NCBI GenBank assembly: GCA_046331385.1
Contig: JAXLQW010000001.1
Location: 3,719,037 to 3,783,036 of the forward strand
DNA from: Thermoanaerobaculia bacterium
GTDB taxonomy: Bacteria > Acidobacteriota > Thermoanaerobaculia > Multivoradales > JAGPDF01
DNA: 64,000 nt
Direction of reading: 5' to 3'
Shown: positions 22,789 to 30,756 of the stretch, in pieces
Layout: each line of letters opens with the position of its first letter
Numbering within the stretch: the stretch's first letter is position 1
Notes under the pieces: generated by a model
What the model was told of the DNA's origin: nothing
What the model saw: the letters and a program-made list of their open reading frames with translations, nothing else
Database searches by the model: none
Program-made: the position numbers and the translations under genes

Positions 22789-24341
22789 CGGATCGGAGCC
22801 GCGAGCAGTCCCTGGATCCTCTCCACGATCTCGACGATCCTCCGCTCCTTCTCCAAGACGCTCGCCACTAGCACTTCAGGCGGCAGGTGGGTGATGTCCT
22901 CTTTCGCGCGCGGATTCTTGCGGTCGAGGTTGCAGCCGTTCGCCAGGAGCTCGGTGGCTGGCACCTTCCAAGTGCGCTCGTTCTCTTCGCGGTGCGTCCA
23001 CCACGCGAGGCAGGGCTCGAACTCGTCGTACTGGAGCGGCTGCGTCTTCGTGTAGTTCTTGCGCCCCTCGGGGAGGGGGTGCTCGTAGTACCAGACGTCC
23101 TGCGTCGGGCCGGAGCGGTCGAAGAAGAGGAGGTTGGTGGGGATCGACGTGTACGGGGCGAAGACGCCGTTCGGGAGGCGCACGATGGTGTGGAGGTTGA
23201 ACTCTTCCAGCAACTCCTTCTTGATCCGCGCGCAGACGCCGTCGCCGAAGAGCGTGCCGTTGGGCACGACGACCGCGGCACGCGCCGGCGGGAAGCCCGC
23301 GCGCGGCTGCTTGCGCAGCTTGCGCATGATGAGCTGCAGGAAGAGCAGCGCCGTCTCCGCCGTCTGGCGGTCCTCCGGGAAATTCGACTGGATGCCCTTC
23401 TCCTCCTCGCCGCCGAAGGGCGGATTGGTGAGGATGACGTCGACGCGGTCCTTCTCGCCGATCTCGGTGAGCTTGAACCTCAGGGCGTTGCCGGGGTCGA
23501 TCTGCGGCGCGTCCAGCCCGTGGAGGAGGAGGTTCATTTGGCAGAGCAGGTACGGCAGCGGCTTCGGCTCGCAGCCGAAGAGGGACTTCTCCTGCAGCAC
23601 CTTGCGGCCATCCGTCGTGCGCACTTGCGCGAAGAGGTGGTTGTATGACTCGACGAGGAAGCCACCGGTGCCGCTCGCCGGGTCGAGGACGCGCTCGCCG
23701 AGACGGGGATCGGTGACCGCGACCATGAAGCGCACCACGGGTCGCGGCGTATAGAACTCGCCCCCGTCGCCCGCCGCGTCGCGCATCTCGCGCAGCATCG
23801 ACTCGTAGAGCGCGCCCAGCGTGTGCAACTCCGCGCTCGACGTGAAGTGGATCGTCGCCAGCTTGTTGATCACGTCGCGCAGCAGGTAGCCGCTCACCAT
23901 GCGGTTCTGCACGCCCTTGAACACCGTGGCGATGACGTCGCGCCGGTCGTCGCCGTTGGCGCTCGACAGGTTCCGGAGGTAGGCGAACAAGCCGGGGGCG
24001 CGCTTCCCGTCGGCGCGCTTGTACTCGTCCTGGTTGATGAACGCGATCAGGTCGTCGCCGGTGATCCCCTTGGGGTCGGCCGCCCAGTCCCGCCAGCGGT
24101 AGGGCGCCTCGATCGCCGGTCGGAACCTGCTGCCGGCGAGCTCGGCCTCGGTCTCGCGCTGGGCCTCGAGGTCGTCGAGGAACTTGAGGAAGAGGACCCA
24201 GGTGAGCAGCGGCAGGCGGTCGACGTCGCCCGAGAGCCCTTTGTCCTTGCGCATGATGTCGCGCGCCGACTTGATGGTGCTGGCGAGCGATTGGACGGTG
24301 GTGAGCGGAGCGCCGGCTTTCTTGGGAGTTCTAGGCGGCAT
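22785..24341 (-). CDS. hsdM: Type I R-M DNA methyltransferase subunit HsdM (N6-adenine)
   Basis: NPPF catalytic motif (ILTNPPFGG). SAM motif (VLDPASGTGGFL). HsdM N-domain. Confidence 0.9.
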   Translation of the reverse strand: MPPRTPKKAGAPLTTVQSLASTIKSARDIMRKDKGLSGDVDRLPLLTWVLFLKFLDDLEAQRETEAELAGSRFRPAIEAPYRWRDWAADPKGITGDDLIAFINQDEYKRADGKRAPGLFAYLRNLSSANGDDRRDVIATVFKGVQNRMVSGYLLRDVINKLATIHFTSSAELHTLGALYESMLREMRDAAGDGGEFYTPRPVVRFMVAVTDPRLGERVLDPASGTGGFLVESYNHLFAQVRTTDGRKVLQEKSLFGCEPKPLPYLLCQMNLLLHGLDAPQIDPGNALRFKLTEIGEKDRVDVILTNPPFGGEEEKGIQSNFPEDRQTAETALLFLQLIMRKLRKQPRAGFPPARAAVVVPNGTLFGDGVCARIKKELLEEFNLHTIVRLPNGVFAPYTSIPTNLLFFDRSGPTQDVWYYEHPLPEGRKNYTKTQPLQYDEFEPCLAWWTHREENERTWKVPATELLANGCNLDRKNPRAKEDITHLPPEVLVASVLEKERRIVEIVERIQGLLAAPIR

Positions 24342-26694
24342 AGAGGAGGTTCTGGAGCTCGGTCACGGCGGCGCGCAGGAGGTCGGCGCCGCCGAAGAGG
24401 TTGGTGATCTCCTGCACCGTGCCGTGCTGCGACACCGGCGGGACCTTGAGGACGTCGGGCATGAGGAACTGCGCGGCGCCGTGCTCGGCGTACCTTTCCA
24501 GGAGCTCGTCGAGGACCGCGCGCGCCTCGGGGCCGTACCTGGCGAAGAAGTCTCTGCGCTCGGTGCGCAGCCGCTGGGCCCGTTCCCGCCGCGTGCGCAG
24601 CGGCGCGTTCCAGGCCAGATGACAGAGCAAATCGAACGGGTCGGCGTCGGGTTGGCGCGCGGTCTCGGCGAGGGCTTCGAAGCTCACACCCATCGCCTCG
24701 AGGCGCGAGAGGATTTCGGCGCGCTTCTCCGGGTCCGCCCAGCGAGCACGCAGCTCCGGGGCCGACGGAACCAGCGTGCGCACCTTCTCGGCCGCGTACT
24801 CGGTGTAGCGCACCACGCGGAGCTGCCTGCCGTCGGGGTCGAGCTCGTAGACGAGGTGCGCCGCGATCTCCACGCTGCCCTCGTCGAAGTAGTACTTCCT
24901 TCGCGGCGCGTGCTCCGGATCGAGAATGACGCCGTCCTCGCCGGGGTAGGGCGGCGGCATCTCGGCCTCCTCCTCGGCCACCTCGTGCGGATCGGGACCG
25001 GGGACCGCGGCGAGCTCCTCCTCGGTGACGCGCGCCGGGTCGCCGTCGAAGTCCGGATCGGCGAACAGGCGGGTGGCGGAGCCGGTGTAGTCGAGGATGT
25101 TGAACCACAGCTTCCCGTAGTCGTCGCGCACCCGCGTGCCGCGCCCGATGATCTGCTTGAACTCGCTCATCGAGCCGACGACGCGCGCCAGAACGACGTT
25201 GCGGCAGGTCGGTGCGTCGACCCCGGTCGTCAAGAGCTGGGAAGTGGTGAGGATGACCGGCGTCCTGGATTCGACGTCTTGGAAGCGATCGAGATGCCCG
25301 CGGCCGACGTCCCCTTCGTCGGCCGTGACCCGGCAGACGTAGTCGGCATGCTTCCGGACCAGATCGGCGTTGAGGTTGCCGAGCGCCCGGCGCATCTCGT
25401 CGGCGTGCTCCTGGTCGACACAGAAGACGATGGTCTTGGCGAAGCGGTCATCCCGCCGCAGGAACGCCGTCAGGTGGCGGGCGATCGCCTCGGTCCGCGC
25501 GCGGAGCGCCACCAGCCGCTCGAAGTCCTTGGTCTGGTATTCGTCGTCGGGGATCTCGCGGCCGTAGCGGTCGAGCTCGTCCTTGCTGGGGCGCCACCCC
25601 GCGGCGTCCCATTCGGTGATCACCCGGTGAACGCGATAGGGCGCCAGGAAGCCGTCCTCGATGCCCTGTCGCAGGCTGTATTGGTAGATCGGGTTGCCGA
25701 AGTAGAGGTAGGTGTCGCGGCTCTCCTCGCGCAGCGGTGTGGCGGTCAATCCGAGCTGGTAGGCCGGATGGAAGTAGGTGAGGATCTCGCGCCAGCTGGA
25801 GTCGTCGCGAGCGCTGCCCCGATGGCATTCGTCGACGATGACGAGGTCGAAGAAGTCGCGAGCGTACTCGCGATAGAGGCCGGGCCGGCTCTCGTCCTCG
25901 GCCAGCGCCTGGTAGATCGCGAAGTACATCTCGCGGCCCTGATTCGCGACGCCGCCCTCGATCTTGAAGCGCGCGTCGCCGAACGGGGCGAAGATCCCGT
26001 CCTTGGGCTGGTCGACGAGGATGTTGCGATCGGCGAGGTAGAGGATGCGCGGCCTGCGATGGTCGCCGGTGGCGTTCCAGCCGGCGTTCCAGAGCTTCCA
26101 GCAGATTTGAAAAGCGACGGCCGTCTTCCCCGTTCCGGTCGCCATCGTGAGGAGCTGGCGCCGGCGGCCGCCGAGGATCCCCTCGACGGCCCGGTTGACC
26201 GCGATCTCCTGGTAGTACCGCTCGCCCTTGCCGACCGCGTGATTCATCGGCGTCAGCAGACGGGACGCCGCTTCGTCGGAGACGAGTCCGCGGCCGGCGC
26301 GATACCGGTTCCAAAGAGCTGCTGGCGTCGGAAAGTCGGAGACCGTCAGCTCCTGGCCGGTGAAGCGGTCGAACTCTAGGATCTCGTGACCGTTCGTCGC
26401 ATACGCGAAGTGCAGGCCGAGCATCTCCGCGTACTCTCTGGCCTGCTGCATGCCCGCGCCCGGCGTCTGCCACTCGCTCTTCGCCTCGACTACGGCCAGC
26501 GGAAAGTTGCGTTCGTAGCGGAGGATGTAGTCCACGCGCTTCGGCGCCTTGCGCACGAACGACTTTCCCGCCGGGACGATGCGCCCGTCGGTGATCGAAC
26601 GCTGCTCGGCGATCGAGTGCGGATCCTCGTCCCAACCCGCAGCGAGGAGTCGAGGCACGACCAACTTCCGGCACGTATCCGCTTCATTGAGCAT
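24331..26694 (-). CDS. hsdR: Type I restriction endonuclease subunit HsdR
   Basis: N-terminal PD-(D/E)xK nuclease region. SF2 helicase motifs: Walker A TMATGTGKT, DEAH-box DECHRG, LTATP. Confidence 0.9.
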   Translation of the reverse strand: MLNEADTCRKLVVPRLLAAGWDEDPHSIAEQRSITDGRIVPAGKSFVRKAPKRVDYILRYERNFPLAVVEAKSEWQTPGAGMQQAREYAEMLGLHFAYATNGHEILEFDRFTGQELTVSDFPTPAALWNRYRAGRGLVSDEAASRLLTPMNHAVGKGERYYQEIAVNRAVEGILGGRRRQLLTMATGTGKTAVAFQICWKLWNAGWNATGDHRRPRILYLADRNILVDQPKDGIFAPFGDARFKIEGGVANQGREMYFAIYQALAEDESRPGLYREYARDFFDLVIVDECHRGSARDDSSWREILTYFHPAYQLGLTATPLREESRDTYLYFGNPIYQYSLRQGIEDGFLAPYRVHRVITEWDAAGWRPSKDELDRYGREIPDDEYQTKDFERLVALRARTEAIARHLTAFLRRDDRFAKTIVFCVDQEHADEMRRALGNLNADLVRKHADYVCRVTADEGDVGRGHLDRFQDVESRTPVILTTSQLLTTGVDAPTCRNVVLARVVGSMSEFKQIIGRGTRVRDDYGKLWFNILDYTGSATRLFADPDFDGDPARVTEEELAAVPGPDPHEVAEEEAEMPPPYPGEDGVILDPEHAPRRKYYFDEGSVEIAAHLVYELDPDGRQLRVVRYTEYAAEKVRTLVPSAPELRARWADPEKRAEILSRLEAMGVSFEALAETARQPDADPFDLLCHLAWNAPLRTRRERAQRLRTERRDFFARYGPEARAVLDELLERYAEHGAAQFLMPDVLKVPPVSQHGTVQEITNLFGGADLLRAAVTELQNLLYAA

Positions 26695-26734
26695 GAGGCT
26701 CAGCGGATTCTAGCCCTCGCGTTCGAAGGGAGAC

Positions 26735-26852
26735 ATGGTGGAGCAGAAGGGATTCGCGCCGGGCGGTTGGGTGGGGGGCCCGAATCCCCGATGCGAGATA
26801 TTGCAGGAACTGAATGGTGGAGCAGAAGGGATTCGAACCCTCGACCCCCACG
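26735..26852. repeat. Two tRNA-3'-end-derived fragments (minus-strand orientation); the second (26827-26852) is a near-perfect T-arm plus acceptor 3' strand plus CCA
   Basis: Reverse complement of 26827-26863 is ...GAGGG-TTCGAAT-CCCTT-CTGCTCC-A-CCA, a canonical T stem-loop with G53-C61. No complementary 5' acceptor strand downstream, so a fragment not a gene. Confidence 0.6.
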
Positions 26853-26876
26853 TTGCGGGCGCCGGAGCGATCGCGA

Positions 26877-27332
26877 CTACTTGCGATCGCGCACTTCGCG
26901 CAGGACGCGCGCGTCGTCCTGGTGGCGCGGGTCGTCGATCCCACTCTTGATCGCGATCAAGCTGTCGATGTCGATCCAGTTGGCGTGCGCCGCTCCATAG
27001 CGCGACTCGATCCTGCGCCCCCAGGCGTCCGTGAAGCTGATCTCGCTCGATCCCCCGGCTTCCCGGAGCAGATCGACGCGGTTGGGCTCGACGCCGAGCT
27101 GCAGGATCTCGCCGGGCTTCTCGGCGTCCAGGAGATAGGGGCTGCCGAAGTCAGCCAACGCGCGGTTGGCGCGCTCGACATTCCCGCGCTCGGGGTCGAG
27201 CCAGAGATCGATGTCCCTGGTGTAGCGAGGCCTGGCGTGGAAGATGAACGCCAAACCGCCGATGATCAGATAGCGGACGCCGTGGCGGGCAAAGAGCTCG
27301 AGGATGTCCTCGAAATCGCGAACGGCGTCCAA
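26877..27332 (-). CDS. Putative nucleotidyltransferase-fold protein (possible toxin-like component)
   Basis: 151 aa. HGVRYLIIGGLAFIFHARPRYTRDIDLWLDP resembles minimal NTase-fold proteins. Confidence 0.5.
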   Translation of the reverse strand: MDAVRDFEDILELFARHGVRYLIIGGLAFIFHARPRYTRDIDLWLDPERGNVERANRALADFGSPYLLDAEKPGEILQLGVEPNRVDLLREAGGSSEISFTDAWGRRIESRYGAAHANWIDIDSLIAIKSGIDDPRHQDDARVLREVRDRK

Positions 27333-27336
27333 ATCA

Positions 27337-27555
27337 TCAACTCTCTACGGGATGCGCGGTCGCGCGGGCGGCCTCGACGAGCTCCACGTCGCGCCGGAGG
27401 GCGACGAGCACCGAGAGCCGCTCCTCGGGCGTCCGTCGCTGCCAGAACTCGAGATCCCAGGCCTCGGCCTCGGCGAAGCTCGCGGCGCGATTCGCGACCA
27501 GGCGCTCGCGGCGCTCGCGGCTGCGCTCCTGGAGCGTCGTCTCGGAGTCCGACAT
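27337..27555 (-). CDS. Small 72-aa protein (possible antitoxin-like partner)
   Basis: Genuine C-terminal part of track ORF 27337..28191. Start MSDSETTLQERSRERRERL; the rest of that ORF is tandem-repeat translation. Confidence 0.4.
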   Translation of the reverse strand: MSDSETTLQERSRERRERLVANRAASFAEAEAWDLEFWQRRTPEERLSVLVALRRDVELVEAARATAHPVES

Positions 27556-27666
27556 GACCGTGATTCTACCGCTCATCGAACATGTCAACGCGGCGCTTGC
27601 GGCCGGCGGCCAAGCGCCCGACGATCCGCGTTCCGGGGATCGATCCGTAGAGACGCAGGAGGACCT

Positions 27667-28070
27667 GGTGGAGCAGAAGGGATTCGTGCCGGGCGGCCGG
27701 GTGGGGGGCCCGAATCCCTGACCTTCTGGTCGACCGAAGGGAGACATGGTGGAGCCGAAGGGATTCGCGCCGGGCGGCCGGGTGGGGGGCCCGAATCCCT
27801 GAATTTCTGGTCGACCGAAGGGAGACATGGTGGAGCCGAAGGGATTCGCGCCGGGCGGTCGGGTGGGGGGCCCGAATCCCTGAATTTCTGGTCGACCGGA
27901 GGGAGACATGGTGGAGCCGAAGGGATTCGCGCCGGGCGGTCGGGTGGGGGGCCCGAATCCCTGAATTTCTGGTCGACCGGAGGGAGACATGGTGGACCAA
28001 ATCACTCTGAGTTCGAACACCCCAGGAAGTTCGAACACCCTGATTTTCTGGCTTCGGGAGGTCGCGGCAA
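27667..28070. repeat. Tandem array of an 81-nt repeat (4 near-identical units plus a 5th divergent unit merging into element C)
   Basis: Units start at 27667, 27747, 27828, 27909, 27990. Unit is TGGTGGAGCCGAAGGGATTCGCGCCGGGCGG.CGGGTGGGGGGCCCGAATCCCTGAATTTCTGGTCGACCG.AGGGAGACA. Each begins with a degenerate tRNA-3'-end-like sequence. Confidence 0.85.
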
Positions 28071-28200
28071 TGAGGCAGGCGGCATGAGCTCCATGCCGAT
28101 GAAAGGCCTGTCTCTGGGTTCCGTACGCCGTCTCCGGAGGAGCCCGGCAGGGCGCCTCGGGACCGGCGTCCCTCTCTGGTATCCGCTGCAAGGCAGCGGA
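27990..28200. repeat. Element C: homolog of elements A and B, immediately upstream of repA-like gene
   Basis: TGGTGGACCAAATCACTCTGAGTTCGAACACC...CTGATTTTCTGGCTTCGGGAGGTCGCGGCAATGAGGC aligns with the copies at 15637 and 19795. Confidence 0.5.
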
Positions 28201-28213
28201 GCGGAGGGGCAGT

Positions 28214-29170
28214 ATGGCTTGGAAGTCCGCGACCCCGCAGCTTTCGTTGGTCCTCCCTGGCGCCCCGGCGTCACAGTTTCATTCTACAGATGTTGAGATC
28301 GGATCCCGCAAGTCCAGGCGCTCGGGCAGCCTGATCCGGCAGGCGCTCTACCTCGACCAGGAAGACGCCTACGCCGCCGGCGAGGTCGGTTTCCTGGCCC
28401 GGGCGCTCGTGCAGGCGACCCTCCCGCACAGCGACCCGAAGGCCAACGAGTTCGTCCGGCGGAACGGACACTTCACCCTGTCCATCCTTGCCCCGAAGGA
28501 CGTCGGGCTACCCTATGGCCGGTATCCGCGTCTGGTGCTCGCCTACCTCACGACCGAGGCGGTGCGCCGCAAGAACCCCGACATCGAGCTCGGCGGCCAC
28601 TTCTCGCACTTCTGCGCCGCCCTCGGGATCCCGCCGACCACGGGACCGCGTGGGTCCTTGCCGCAGCTCCGCGACCAGCTCCAGCGCCTCTTCGCCTCGA
28701 CCTTCCAGTGCATCTTCCACGACGAGAGCCAGGGGAGACACGCTGGCGATGGCTTCCTGATCGCCGAGAAGCGGGAGCTTTGGTGGGACCCGCGGCCGAG
28801 GAAGGGCGAGGCTGCGTGGGGGTCCCACGTCGTTCTCTCGGACCGGTTCTACCGGGAGGCGACCGAAGCGCCGGTCCCGCTCGACCTGAGGGTCCTTCGC
28901 GCCCTCCGGTCGCCGTTCGAGATCGACATCTATGTCTGGCTGACCTGGCGCTTCTTCCGCCTGCGGAAGCCGGTCACCATCCCGTGGGCTTCGCTGGCGC
29001 TCCAGTTCGGGTGCGGCTACGCCAACCCCCGACACTTCAAGAAGCGGTTCCTCGGCTACCTCCGGAGCGTCATCGACTACTACCCGGACGTGAGGCTCGA
29101 GAGCTCGGCCGCCGGCTTGCTGCTCAAGCCCTCGCCAACGCATATCGAGCAGCGGCCTGCGAAGCGTTGA
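28214..29170 (+). CDS. repA: Replication initiator protein RepA-like (RPA family, PF10134-like) of integrative/conjugative elements
   Basis: 318 aa. Resembles ICE/plasmid RepA proteins (LPYGRYPRLVLAYLTTEAVRRKNPDIELGGHFSHFCAALGIPPTTGPRGSLPQLRDQLQRLF). First gene after the repeat array. Confidence 0.7.
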   Translation: MAWKSATPQLSLVLPGAPASQFHSTDVEIGSRKSRRSGSLIRQALYLDQEDAYAAGEVGFLARALVQATLPHSDPKANEFVRRNGHFTLSILAPKDVGLPYGRYPRLVLAYLTTEAVRRKNPDIELGGHFSHFCAALGIPPTTGPRGSLPQLRDQLQRLFASTFQCIFHDESQGRHAGDGFLIAEKRELWWDPRPRKGEAAWGSHVVLSDRFYREATEAPVPLDLRVLRALRSPFEIDIYVWLTWRFFRLRKPVTIPWASLALQFGCGYANPRHFKKRFLGYLRSVIDYYPDVRLESSAAGLLLKPSPTHIEQRPAKR

Positions 29171-29223
29171 GCGAGCTTTGATGGATTGCACAAAAGTTAA
29201 CCGTGGGTTAACATTCGTGCGTC

Positions 29224-29823
29224 ATGGGCGCCGTAGCTCCGAAGGCACCGAACCAGCCGGACTGGGATGGCCTCTTCGCCGTCGCGCAGGCCCAGAGCGG
29301 CTACTTCACGACGGCTCAAGCCGCCCAGTCGGGCTATTCGCGTCCGCTCCTTCACAAGTACCTGGCGACGGGGAAGGTGGTGCGCGTGCGACGTGGCGTC
29401 TACCGCGTCGTGCACTTCCCGGCCAGCGAGCACGAGGACCTCATCGTCCTCTGGCTCTGGGCCGAGCAAGCCGGCGTGTTCTCCCATGAGACGGCCCTGG
29501 CGCTCCACGATCTCTCCGACGCGCTTCCCGGAAAGGTACACCTGACGGTGCCCCCGGGTTGGCGCCGGCGCCGTCTCCGAGTCCCAGCCGGGCTCGTGCT
29601 GCACTTCGCCGACGTCGGTGACGTCGACCGCGCCAGCTATTCAGCGGTGCCCGTCACGGCACCGCTCCGGACCCTGCGAGACTGCATCGAGGCCAACGTC
29701 GCCGCCGACCTTGTCCGCCAAGGGATCCTCCAGGCGCGGCGGCGCGGGATCGTTTCCGCGAAGGATGAAGCTCGACTTCTTTCCGAGCTTGGCAGCCTGG
29801 GCCGGACGGTAGCTGCGCGATGA
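29224..29823 (+). CDS. abiEi: AbiEi-family antitoxin (second copy)
   Basis: 199 aa. AbiEi_4-like N-terminal domain. 4-nt overlap with the downstream AbiEii. Confidence 0.7.
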   Translation: MGAVAPKAPNQPDWDGLFAVAQAQSGYFTTAQAAQSGYSRPLLHKYLATGKVVRVRRGVYRVVHFPASEHEDLIVLWLWAEQAGVFSHETALALHDLSDALPGKVHLTVPPGWRRRRLRVPAGLVLHFADVGDVDRASYSAVPVTAPLRTLRDCIEANVAADLVRQGILQARRRGIVSAKDEARLLSELGSLGRTVAAR

Positions 29824-30725
29824 CCGCTCGCCAGTACGCAACGCCTCTGGCCTTCAAGCAGGCGCTCGAACAACGGCTCAAGTCCTCGTCGGCCACCGGC
29901 GTCGACTTCGGACGGCGCCGCCAGTTGCTCGTCTTCGATCGCTTCCTCGCTCGCCTGGCCCAGGTCGCTGGCGACGCCGTCACTCTCAAGGGTGGGCTCG
30001 TTCTCGAACTTCGCCTCGCCCGGGCACGGACCACCAAGGACATCGACCTTCGCATGATGGGGTCGTCAGACGACGTGCTCGAGCGGCTCCAGGAAGCAGG
30101 CCGCCTCGACCTCGGCGACCACATGCTCTTCGAGGTCCAGCCGGATGCGGACCACCCCGAGATCCAGAACGAGGGGATGCGCTACGACGGATTCCGCTAT
30201 CGCACCGAGTGCCGGCTCGCGGGCATGATCTACAGCCGACCGTTCGGCGTCGACGTAGCCTTCGGTGACCCGCTCGTCGGCGAGCCCGACATCGTCACTG
30301 GCGACGACATCCTCGGATTCGCCGGGATCGCTCCTCCGTCGCTGCGCCTGTATCCGGTTGTCTCCCACATCGCCGAGAAGCTTCACGCGTTCACGATGCC
30401 CCGGCCGAGGCCGAACTCGCGGGTTCGAGATCTCCCCGACCTGGCACTGCTGGCGACCACCGGCACGATCGACGGGGCTGAGCTCCGTCGGGCCATCGAG
30501 AAGACATTCGAGTTTCGCGGCACGCATCCGATTCCGCCCGCGGTCCCGCAGCCTCCCGAGTTCTGGGAGGCGCCGTACACAACCATGGCCGAGAACGACG
30601 ACCTAGCCTGGAGGGCACTACCGGAAGTTACGGCAGCGGTGGAGACGTTCCTCAATCCCGTGCTGGCTTCCTCCGACTCTGGGACCTGGGAGCCGAAAAG
30701 CTGGCTCTGGAAGGGCCGTGCCTAA
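29820..30725 (+). CDS. abiEii: AbiEii/DUF1814 nucleotidyltransferase toxin (second copy)
   Basis: 301 aa. DUF1814 motifs (TLKGGLVLELRL...TKDIDLRM). Confidence 0.8.
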   Translation: MTARQYATPLAFKQALEQRLKSSSATGVDFGRRRQLLVFDRFLARLAQVAGDAVTLKGGLVLELRLARARTTKDIDLRMMGSSDDVLERLQEAGRLDLGDHMLFEVQPDADHPEIQNEGMRYDGFRYRTECRLAGMIYSRPFGVDVAFGDPLVGEPDIVTGDDILGFAGIAPPSLRLYPVVSHIAEKLHAFTMPRPRPNSRVRDLPDLALLATTGTIDGAELRRAIEKTFEFRGTHPIPPAVPQPPEFWEAPYTTMAENDDLAWRALPEVTAAVETFLNPVLASSDSGTWEPKSWLWKGRA

Positions 30726-30756
30726 GAGATGAAACTGTGACGGGCGAGTCCGTCGC

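Noticed and set aside
27667-28070. Possible CRISPR array
   Set aside because: Units abut directly with no unique spacers, and the 81-nt unit is too long. No cas genes nearby. It is a simple tandem repeat.
27337-28191. 284-aa and 144-aa (27566..28000) minus-strand ORFs with 27-aa periodic peptide repeats
   Set aside because: Periodicity equals the 81-nt DNA tandem repeat. Only the last 72 codons (27337..27555) look like a genuine gene.
26735-28200. Intact tRNA or tmRNA gene on the minus strand
   Set aside because: Only the T-arm/acceptor-3'/CCA portion is present (26827-26863). No complementary 5' acceptor strand (CTGCTCC/CTGCCCC in forward sense) within tRNA or tmRNA distance. Interpreted as att-site fragments.
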